Positions 39,686 through 50,654 of a stretch of 64,000 nucleotides of DNA are shown piece after piece. The notes beneath the pieces were generated by a model, which had not been told where the DNA came from, did no database searches, and was given only the letters and a program-made list of their open reading frames with translations. Source of the stretch: Macrostomum lignano (lineage: Eukaryota); the NCBI GenBank assembly GCA_002269645.1, contig NIVC01000041.1, forward strand, positions 62,001 to 126,000, read 5' to 3'. Position 1 is the stretch's first letter. Every line of letters begins with the position of its first letter. The translations under genes and the position numbers were made by a program.

Positions 39686-42600
39686 TCAGCCATCTTCATC
39701 AACTACTTTCGAGCTTCCAGTCATCGGGTAGCTCTCCGATGCTTTGTGGTTGCCGTCTCCATCCTCGGCTTCGGACGCGTTGGCGTTGCTCTTGTTGCCA
39801 TGGCGACGCTTAGACCAAGCCCGGTGGATCAGGTCCAATGGGAAAGTGTCCATTGGTCCCAGGGACAGCCAATGGCGGATGGTGTAGCGAGTCACGTGAC
39901 CGGAATCCACCAACCGGTGATCGCGGATCGGAGTGATGGCCTTCGCCAGACTCTGGTTGAAGTTTTTTACAATTGTTGAGTCAGAGGTGTGTCAGGGAAT
40001 TCAATCTAATAGCCTGTTGCACCTTCATGTAACTAGGTGTCTGTGGCGCCAAACAGGGTGTCAGAATCACCGAAACAACTTGTGACAGAAGCATTTGACT
40101 GGCCGGATGTCATGACACCAAAACTGGGGTGTCAGGTCAGCAAAACTGGGGTGTCAGGTCAGCAAAACTGGAGTAACAGGTCACCAAAACTGGGGTGTCA
40201 TTTCAACAAAACTAGAATGACAGGACACCAAAACTGGAAATTTCAGGACACCAAAACTGGAATGTCAGGACACCAAAACTGGAATGACAGGACACCAAAA
40301 CTGGGATGTCAGGACACCAAAACTGGAATGACAGGACACCAAAACTGGAATGACAGGACACCAAAACTGGAATGACAGGACACCAAAACTGGAAATGTCA
40401 GGACACCAAAACTGGAATGACAGGACACCAAAACTAGAATGACAGGACACCAAAACTGGAATGTCAGGACACCAAAACTAGAATGACAGGACACCAAAAC
40501 TGGAATAACAGGACACCAAAACTGGAATGACAGGACACCAAAACTGGAAATGTCAGGACACCAAAACTGGAATGACAGGACACCAAAACTGGAATGACAG
40601 GACACCAAAACTGGGATTTCACGTCACCAAAAATGGGATTTCACGTCACCAAAAATGGGATTTCACGTCACCAAAAATGGGATTTCAGGACACCAAAACT
40701 GGGATTTCACGTCACCAAAAATGGGATTTCACGTCACCAAAAATGGGATTTCAGGACACCAAAACTGGAATGTCAGGACACCAAAACTGGAATGTCAGGA
40801 CACCAAAACTGGAATGTCAGGACACCAAAACTGGGATGTCAGGACACCAAAACTGACTATCAGGGGCATAAAAGTTGGTGTCAGACGCATTAAACTGTGC
40901 GTCAGAGGTACCAAGTGTGGGGGTTGGCTATTATCTGCAGGAGAGGCTTACTTTGTAGGACACGATAGCGTACACAGCCAAGGCCGGAATCATGCCCAGC
41001 TGGATCGCGCAGATGCCCCAGCCGATCAGTTTGCCTCCGGTGGGATAAAAATAGAAATAATTATTACCCTCGGTGCGATTAGCGAACAGCTCGGGATGGT
41101 ACTCGGTGTACTTGTAAAAGTACAGAAAACTCGACGAATCCATCAGTATGACAATGTTGAACACAATGATCACCTGAAATTTAAATAATGCTTTTTCAAA
41201 TAACAACATGTTTTCTGCTTTTGTTTGCATAGTGCTTCTGAATTTTGTACTTTTCTTTTCGTCTTAATGATAGTTTTGCGTAAACATACAGTAAATACGC
41301 TCGTAGGACCCTGAATTAGTACTTTTGATATTTAGTTAAGACCTATTGTGTTGTCCCTCACTCTCCCTCATTGTCCCTCACTCTCCCTCATTGTCTCTCA
41401 CTCTCCCTCATTGTCCCTCACTCTCCCTCATTGTCTCTCACTCTCCCTCATTGTCCCTCACTCTCCCTCATTGTCCCTCACTCTCCCTCATTGTCTCTCA
41501 CTCTCCCTCATTGTCCCTCACTCTCCCTCATTGTCTCTCACTCTCCCTCATTGTCCCTCACTCTCCCTCATTGTCCCTCACTCTCCCTCATTGTCTCTCA
41601 CTCTCCCTCATTGTCCCTCACTCTCCCTCATTGTCCCTCACTCTCCCTCATTGTCTCTCACTCTCCCTCATTGTCCCTCACTCTCCCTCATTGTCTCTCA
41701 CTCTCCCTCATTGTCCCTCACTCTCCCTCATTGTCCCTCACTCTCCCTCATTGTCTCTCACTCTCCCTCATTGTCCCTCACTCTCCCTTATTGTCCCTCA
41801 CTCTCCCTTATTGTCCCTCACTCTCCCTTATTGTCCCTCACTCTCCCTCATTGTCCCTCACTCTCCCTCATTGTCCCTCACTCTCCCTCATTGTCCCTCA
41901 CTCTCCCTCATTGTCCCTCACTCTCCCTCATTGTCCCTCACTCTCCCTCATTGTCCCTCACTCTCCTTCATTGTCCCTCACTCTCCCTCATTGTCCCTCA
42001 CTCTCTTCCATTCTCTTACTCTCTGTCAATCTCCCCCACTCTCCTGCACTCTCATCCACTCTGTCACTCTTCTCCACTCTCCCTCACCCTTACTAACTCT
42101 CCTTTACTCTCCTTCACACCCTCACTTTCTCAGTGACTCACCAGAATAAAAACAGGCGAGATAAACTTCCAACACAGGCGCCAAAATATTCCGGGCGAAA
42201 ATCCCAGATTATCCTTAATATCTTTGCAGAACTGATCCAAGCCTTCGGCAAGGTTAGGAAAAATAGAATAAATTAGCTTCGTAAAATCAATAATGCTTAG
42301 TAGAATTGCTAATAGCATAAAAATGATTAAAGCACACTTACCGTAGAACCAAGAGACTGCAATTGCCTGAGAAAAAGCCACAACAATAATGGACAAACCA
42401 GCCGAGAAATTGTTCAATAAATTCCAGATGTACATGCCTCCCTGCGGAATGATCGCGTGACTTATAACGCAAATAGGTGCCTACATGATTCAAGGCCATT
42501 TCTCAAGGTCACTTTTTTTACTAGACTCATCCAGGTTGTACATCTATTCTCAGGAGGGGCGGGGGCAACAAGCTGTGTATTCCTCAAGGTCACTTGTCGC

Positions 42601-45600
42601 TGATTGGCTAGATTATGCTAAATAGCAGATTCCTATGCAGGAGACCAACAAACCGTGCATTCCTCAAGGTCACTTGTCGCCGATTGGCTAGAATATTCCA
42701 AATAGCATATTTCTATGCAGGGGACCAACAAACCGTGTATTCCTCAAGGTCACTTGTCGCCGATTGGCTAGAATATTCCAAATAGCATATTTATATGCAG
42801 GGGACCAACAAACCGTGTATTCCTCAAGGTCACTTGTCGCCGATTGGATGGAATAATCCAAATAACAGGTTCCATGCAGGGGTCCAACAAACCGTGGATT
42901 ACTTAAGGTCATTTGTCTCCTGTTTCTCAGGGTCACTTGTCGTTGATTGATTCAATTGACGTTATAAAATATTGAATATACTCCAGTCATCGCGAAAAAA
43001 ATTAACCGCAGCCGGAATAGCAACTTACCTGGGTGCACAAAAAGATTGACATGAAGAAGGCGAACACGATCACACAGACGGTGAAAATCTCGCGAACATT
43101 TTTGTAGCGACGCAGAGGCTTCTCAATGAGATCGCCGACGCCAGTCAGTAGGCACTCCATGCCGCCCATCTGGGGAGAATTATGAAATTAATCTTGATTA
43201 CTTGGGCTTTCAGTATATTCAATATGACAAAAATGAATTCAAATTGTTTAAATATGCGTATGCATTGTTTATCTCTTCAACAGGCCAATACACAAGCCTT
43301 ACAGTGACTTTCTAAATGTCAATGCAATTCTCAATTTAAGGCATTTTTAAGGTCCTCGCCTTCTCTTTAAATTGAAAGAAATATTTGCTAAAAGCATTTC
43401 ATCCTAGTGTTGAATGTTAAAAGGTTTGCAAGCGAGTGTGATATTGGCCTAGAAGCTTGAAATCTTCCACCTGACATTGGCAATAGTGCTTCTGCGACCT
43501 CTCCTTATATCCTCCACTTTAACAGACTACAATAGGCTGATGAAGTTCATCTGTCTGCCAGAGATTCTTGAGCGCGCGGATCCTTACCGCACTATCCAGC
43601 CCCAGCGTGATGAGCAGGGAGAAGAACAGGATTGACCATAGAGGCGCCACTGGCAGGGTGCCAATCGCTATCGGATAGACCTGGAAGACCAGACCGGGTC
43701 CTGTGGAAAAAAGTACAAAACAATTTTTTTTTAATAATTGACTTCTCGTTCTGCGTTATCGTGCGACTCCCACTCAGCCCCAAAGACACAGAGAGTGTAC
43801 ATGCCTGACGATAGAAAAGTCAAAGGGCCACTGTACACCCTGTGTGAGCGAGTGTACTAGGGGCACTTGGGGCACTTGTGTGTGCTCAGGAGCCAGCGGA
43901 ACGGGCAGAATTGCCCTTCAGCACTGGTTGTGGGACGTCAGGTAGCCTGCAGCATTCATTTTTAAGACCCGAAGTACTGTGTCTTATTTCAAGGTCAAAC
44001 GTCGTTGATTGGCTGTAACTTTTCTTATCATATACATATTTATCTTGATCTCAAGGTCACTGGTTCACTGATTGGTTCAAATCAATTCTGCCTTGGCTTC
44101 ATTCCTAAAATAGCAATTCTCAAGTACGGTATGCCCCAGATTAGATAACATAATTTTAGCATGTTAATTACCCTCAGCAGTGACCTGATCCACCGGTTTC
44201 CCGGTGATCTCGGACATGTATCCCAGGTAGGAGAACACAACAAAACCGGCTAGGAAGCTGGCAGCCGCATTGGCGGCCGCAGTGATGAGGCAGTCTCGGT
44301 AGCAGTTGTTTTTCGGCCGGCTGTAGCTGGCGTAGGACAGGTGGACGCCAAAGCCGGCGCCTGTTGAGTAGAACACCTGGATTGCCGCCTCGATCCAAGG
44401 CTGTGTGAGGAATTGCTCACTGCTTCATTTTGTTTTTAGTGACATTTTAGTGACCAGATGGAGATCAATGTACAGTTTGAGAAAAGAGAATATGTGAAAA
44501 GGGTAGGGATGAGAGAGGGCAGAAAAGATAGGTGAGAAGAGAGGGGAGAAGATAATAATAAATTATTATAATTGATGCATCCTTCTAGGGTTTGGTGAAT
44601 CTTTATAGGGTTTGGTGAATCTTTATAGGGTTTGGTGAATATTTTTAGGGGTTGGTGAATCTTCTTAGGGTCGGTGAATCTTTTTAGTTTTCTTGAACCA
44701 TTTAAGAAGTTGATGAATATCTTCGGGTTCGGGAATATTTTTAAGCTTTGTGAATCTATGAGGCTTGAGAAGCATTTGAGGGTTGGTGGAGGATTCAAAT
44801 TTAAAGTTTCAAGTCCTCAAGCAGCATCAATTCTTTAGTAAGTCCCCCAATGAACTCACATCGATAGAGTTCAACTTGGACAGGTCCGGGTTAATAAAGT
44901 ACTTTATGCCCCTGCTGGCACCGGGCAGTCTGGCCCCATTGACGAGCAGGATGGACAACAGGATGTAAGGCATTGTGGCGGTGATGTACACCACTTTGCC
45001 GGAGGTCTTCACTCCCTTCCACAGGGAGAAGTACAAGCAGGTGAACACGATCATGCAGCAGATCACCAGCAGCAGGCGCGGCTGGCCCAGGTTGCTCAGT
45101 CCGACGCTCTCGTGGATGGCGAGGACCCCGCGCCTGAGAAATCGAGATACGAATTCCGGGAGGTTGAGAGCTGGTTGACAATATAATGTTGGTTATGAAT
45201 GTACATTGCTGCAGGTCTCTTGCACTAACAAGTTGGACCTGTTTAATATGAAAATCAAGAGGTGACCCACTGAATGATCAGGCGGTGACCCACTGGAGGA
45301 TCAGGAGGTGACACACTGGATGATCAGATGACCCACTAGAGGATCAGGTGACCCACTGGAGGATCAGAGGTGACCCACTGGATGATCAGATGACCCACTA
45401 GAGGATCAGGTGACCCACTGTAGGATCAGGAGGTGACCCACTGGATGATCAGGTGACACACTGGATGATCAGGAGGTGACACACTGGATGATCAGGAGGT
45501 GACCCACTGGAGGATCAGGAGGTGACACACTGGAGGATCAGTTGACCCACTGGAGGATCAGATGACCCACTGGAGGATCAGGAGGTGACACACTGGATGA

Positions 45601-48600
45601 TCAGGAGGTGACACACTGGATGATCAGGTGACACACTGGATGATCAGGAGGTGACACACTGGATGATCAGGTGACACACTGGATGATCAGGAGGTGACAC
45701 ACTGGATGATCAGGTGACACACTGGATGATCAGGAGGGGACACACTGGATGATCAGATGACCCACTAGAGGATCAGGTGACCCACTGGAGGATCAGATGA
45801 CCCACTGGATGATCAGATGACCCACTAGAGGATCAGGTGACCCACTGGAGGATCAGGAGGTGACCCACTGGATGATCAGGTGACACACTGGATGATCAGG
45901 AGGTGACACACTGGATGATCAGGAGGTGACCCACTGGAGGATCAGGAGGTGACACACTGGATGATCAGGTGACACACTGGAGGATCAGATGACCCACTGG
46001 AGGATCAGGAGGTGACACACTGGATGATCAGGAGGTGACACACTGGATGATCAGGTGACACACTGGATGATCAGGAGGTGACACACTGGATGATCAGGAG
46101 GTGACACACTGGATGATCAGGTGACACACTGGATGATCAGGAGGGGACACACTGGATGATCAGATGACCCACTAGAGGATCAGGTGACCCACTGGAGGAT
46201 CAGATGACCCACTGGATGATCAGATGACCCACTGGAGGATCAGGTGACCCACTGGAGGATCAGATGACCCACTGGAGGATCAGTTGACCCACTGGAGGAT
46301 CAGATGACCCACTGGAGGATCAGTTGACCCACTAGAGGATCAGGTGACCCACTGGAGGATCAGGAGGTGACCCACTGGATGATCAGATGACCCACTGGAG
46401 GATCAGATGACCCACTGGAGGATCAGGAGGTGACACACTGGAGGATCAGGAGGTGACACACTGGATGATCAGATGACCCACTAGAGGATCAGGTGACCCA
46501 CTGGATGATCAGGTGACACACTGGATGATCAGGAGGTGACACACTGGATGATCAGGAGGTGACCCACTGGATGATCAGGTGACACACTGGATGATCAGGA
46601 GGTGACACACTGGATGATCAGGAGGTGACCCACTGGAGGATCAGGAGGTGACACACTGGAGGATCAGTTGACCCACTGGAGGATCAGATGACCCACTGGA
46701 GGATCAGGAGGTGACACACTGGATGATCAGGAGGTGACACACTGGATGATCAGGTGACACACTGGATGATCAGGAGGTGACACACTGGATGATCAGGTGA
46801 CACACTGGATGATCAGAAGGTGACACACTGGATGATCAGGTGACACACTGGATGATCAGGAGGGGACACACTGGATGATCAGATGACCCACTAGAGGATC
46901 AGGTGACCCACTGGAGGATCAGATGACCCACTGGAGGATCAGGTGACCCACTGGAGGATCAGATGACCCACTGGAGGATCAGGTGACCCACTGGAGGATC
47001 AGTTGACCCACTGGAGGATCAGGTGACCCACTGGAGGATCAGTTGACCCACTGGAGGATCAGATGACCCACTGGAGGATCAGGAGGTGACACACTGGATG
47101 ATCAGGAGGTGACACACTGGATGATCAGGAGGTGACCCACTGGAGGATCAGGAGGTGACACACTGGATGATCAGGTGACACACTGGAGGATCAGGAGGTG
47201 ACCCACTGGATGATCAGGTGACACACTGGATGATCAGGAGGTGACACACTGGATGATCAGGAGGTGACCCACTGGAGGATCAGGAGGTGACACACTGGAT
47301 GATCAGGTGACACACTGGAGGATCAGATGACCCACTGGAGGATCAGGAGGTGACACACTGGATGATCAGGAGGTGACACACTGGATGATCAGGTGACACA
47401 CTGGATGATCAGGAGGTGACACACTGGATGATCAGGAGGTGACCCACTGGAGGATCAGGAGGTGACACACTGGATGATCAGGAGGTGACACACTGGATGA
47501 TCAGGAGGTGACACACTGGATGATCAGGAGGTGACCCACTGGAGGATCAGGAGGTGACACACTGGATGATCAGGAGGTGACACACTGGATGATCAGGAGG
47601 TGACACACTGGATGATCAGATGACCCACTAGAGGATCAGGTGACCCACTGGAGGATCAGGAAGTGACCCACTGGATGATCAGGTGACCCACTGGATGATC
47701 AGGTGACCCACTGGAGGATCAGGTGACCCACTGGAGGATCAGGTGACCCACTGGAGGATCAGGTGACCCACTAGAGGATCAGGTGACCCACTGGAGGATC
47801 AGGTGACAGAGTCTGTTCAACAGCAAGACTGACAACTCACTCAAAGAATTCCTCAGATGCGAGAACGTACTTGGCGCTCCGATTCTGCATAGTAAGGTTC
47901 TTGTACTGCTCAACCGTGACGCACCACTCCGTATTAAATGCGTTGTCGCACTTCATCCAGGGCAGAGTGGTCGTTGAGAATGAGTTGAATAAGAACAAGA
48001 AGCACCAAGCTATGATGACGTTGTAGTAGAATGCAACCAGATAGGTCATGAGGTTCTGGGCCAGACCGATGCCCCTGGCCAGAGGGCAGATGTCCCACAC
48101 TCGGATGGGGCCGTGCTGGTTCACCTGGCCCAGCACCAGCTCCATGTAGAACAGGGGCACCGCCTGTGAATGGAGGGAGTGAGGCGAGTTGTTGATACAA
48201 CGGTAGCTTCAAGTGGTCCATGAGTGAGGGTAGTGAAGGGAGCGAGGGTAGTGAAGGGAGTGAAAGAAGTGAAGGGAGTGAGGGTAGTGAAGGGAGCGAG
48301 GGTAGTGAAGGAAGTGAGGGAAGTGAAAGGAGTGAAGGGAATGAAGGGAGTGAGGGTAGTGAGGGAAGGGATTGTGAAGGGATTGAAGGGAGTGAAGGGA
48401 GTGGAAGGAGTGAAGGGATTGAGGGTAGTGAAGGAAGTGAAGGGAGTGGAGGGAGTGAAGGGAGTGAATGGAGTGAATGGAGTGGAAGGAGTGAAGGGAG
48501 TGAAGGGAGTGAAGGAGTGAAGGGAGTGAAGGGAGTGAAGGGAGTGAAGTGAGTGTAGGGAGTGAAGGGAGAGGAAGGAGTGAATGCAGTGAAGGGAGTG

Positions 48601-49458
48601 AAGGGAGGGAAGGGAGTGAAGGGAGGGAAGGGAGTGAAGAGAGGGAAGGGAGTGAAGTGAGTGAAGGGAGTGAAGGGAGGGAAGGGAGTGAAGGGAGTGA
48701 AGGGAGTGAAGGGAGTGAAGGGAGTGAAGGGAGTGGAAGGAGTGAAGGGATTGAGGGTAGTGAAGGAAGTGAAGGGAGTGGAGGGAGTGAAGGGAGTGAA
48801 GGGAGTGAATGGAGTGAATGGAGTGGAAGGAGTGGAATGAGTGAAGGGATTGAGGGTAGTGAAGGAAGTGAAGGGAGTGGAGGGAGTGAAGGGAGTGAAT
48901 GGAGTGAATGGAGTGGAAGGAGTGAAGGGAGTGAAGGGAGTGAAGGGAGTGAAGGGAGTGAAGGGAGTGAAGGGAGTGAAGTGAGTGTAGGGAGTGAAGG
49001 GAGAGGAAGGAGTGAATGCAGTGAAGGGAGTGAAGGGAGGGAAGGGAGTGAAGGGAGGGAAGGGAGTGAAGAGAGGGAAGGGAGTGAAGAGAGGGAAGGG
49101 AGTGAACAGATCAGTGCAAGATTCAAAGTCGAGCGGTTGCCACCTGGAAGATGTTCATGAGGAAGTAGGGCAGCAGGAAGGCCCCGCCGCCGTATTTATA
49201 GCACAGGTAGGGGAAGCGCCACACGTTTGCCAAATCCACGGCAAAGCCAATGATTGACAGGAGAAAGTCGATCTTCGTGCCCCAGCTTTCTCGCTCGTCA
49301 ACGGCGACTTCGACTTCGAATTCGGGGTCGTCTTGGGCGACGTTCGACGCAGTGGAATTGCCGCCAACGCCGCCACTCGACAAAGGGGCCAGGGGGGATC
49401 TCTCCTCGGCGGCCGGGGAGTCCGCCGATGCGGCCTCTGGCGAACTTTGATCGCTCAT
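39686..49458 (-). CDS. DAT: SLC6 Na+/Cl- monoamine transporter of DAT/NET type, ~694 aa. Exons 49144-49458, 47841-48163, 44860-45133, 44172-44400, 43588-43700, 43029-43169, 42342-42441, 42142-42242, 40952-41173, 39686-39952
   Basis: TM1 [33 protein letters not shown] has the amine-binding Asp and the FAVDLA catecholamine-type motif. Other segments: TM3 [23 protein letters not shown]8 LGLDSAMGGME (DAT-like), and a C-tail [16 protein letters not shown] resembling DAT LVDRGEVRQFTLRHWL. Splice phases are consistent (2085 nt). Confidence 0.9.
40105..40856. repeat. ~22-bp minisatellite (CAGGACACCAAAACTGGAATGA)n
   Basis: Direct tandem copies in the last transporter intron. Confidence 0.95.
41346..42000. 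repeat. 20-bp minisatellite (CTCACTCTCCCTCATTGTCC)n
   Basis: Direct tandem copies. Confidence 0.96.
42575..42945. repeat. 80-bp tandem repeat (about 5 copies), each with TCAAGGTCA and GATTGG
   Basis: TCAAGGTCA starts at 42584, 42664, 42744 and 42824, with a variant at 42903: an exact 80-bp period. Confidence 0.88.
43765..43950 (+). mobile_element. SINE family A fragment
   Basis: GAGAGTGTACATGCCTGACGATAGAAAAGTCAAAGGGCCACTGTACACCCTGTGTGAGCG body motif. Confidence 0.65.
45260..47808. repeat. 2.5-kb minisatellite of mixed 20/23-bp units (GATCAG[GAG]GTGAC(A/C)CACTGGA(T/G))n
   Basis: Direct tandem copies; fills transporter intron 2. Confidence 0.97.
48220..49108. repeat. 9-bp purine-rich minisatellite (GAAGGGAGT)n
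   Basis: Direct tandem copies; fills transporter intron 1. Confidence 0.96.
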
Positions 49459-49478
49459 CTGTGCCTTGCGGGCGTTGA

Positions 49479-50130
49479 GTGTGCCATTTTTTATTGGAAA
49501 TGTGCCATTTTTATGGGAAATGCGCCATTTTTATGGGAAATGCGCCATTTTTATGGGAAATGCGCCATTTTTATGGGAAATGCGCTATTTTTATGGGAAA
49601 TGCGCCATTTTTTAATAGGAAATGTGCCATTTTTTATTGGAAATGTGCCATTTTTATGGGAAATGCGCCATTTTTATGGGAAATGTGCCATTTTTATGGG
49701 AAATGCGCCATTTTTATGGGAAATGTGCCATTTTTATGGGACATGCGCCATTTTTTATAGGAAATGTGCCATTTTTTATTGGAAATGTGCCATTTTTTAT
49801 TGGAAATGTGCCATTTTTATGGGAAATTCGCCATTTTTTAATAGGAAATGTGCCATTTTTATGGGAAATGTGCCATTTTTATGGGAAATTCGCCATCTTT
49901 TAATAGGAAATGTGCCATTTTTTATTGGAAATGTGCCATTTTTATGGGAAATGCGCCATTTTTTATAGGAAATGTGCCATTTTTTATTGGAAATGTGCCA
50001 TTTTTATGGGAAATGTGCCATTTTTTATAGGAAATGTGCCATTGTTTATTGGAAATGTGCCATTTTTATGGGAAATGCGCCATTTTTTATAGGAAATGTG
50101 TCACTTCAAAGGGAAATGTGCCATTTTATG
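49479..50130. repeat. ~22-bp minisatellite (GGGAAATG(C/T)GCCATTTTTAT)n
   Basis: Direct tandem copies starting ~20 bp upstream of the transporter ATG and acceptor. Confidence 0.95.
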
Positions 50131-50654
50131 GGATCCTTTTTTATATAGAAATTATTGATTTTTTCGGATGTCGCAGATAAGACCTGGTGCTTCAACTTGA
50201 CATTACCCGAGCTGATAAACTCGAGTCACATCATCTTAGTAGGCCAGAACACAGTGATTTAAAAAATACTGCACTTACAGAATGCTTGAGAAGTTCCAAT
50301 ACATTTTTTGTCGATCTGATTAAGTGTGGCACAATGGCAGTAGCAGACAACCAGTACACTATATATATAACTGACGGAAATTCTAGCACTGTTCTCAGGT
50401 CAAGTGGCTTTAACGCTAAGGTGCTGCTCTTTTGTCAGTTGTCTGAATGATTGATTGAATTAATAGACTTAAAAGTTGCAATTCTAATTGACAGCTGAGC
50501 AATTTTGAGCCCAATGCATTTTTAATTTAATGAATTCTGCATTGGGGAAAATTTTGGATCTGAAGTTGTCTGGATGAGTCGGTCAGTCTGAGGCATTTAA
50601 CGTTTCCCTACATTTCACAACAACTGCATTGCAGCAGTCAGTTGCTTTAGGGTT

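Noticed and set aside
45260-47808. CRISPR-like regular repeats here and in other arrays
   Set aside because: Units are head-to-tail with no unique spacers, there are no cas genes, and the context is a spliced eukaryotic intron.
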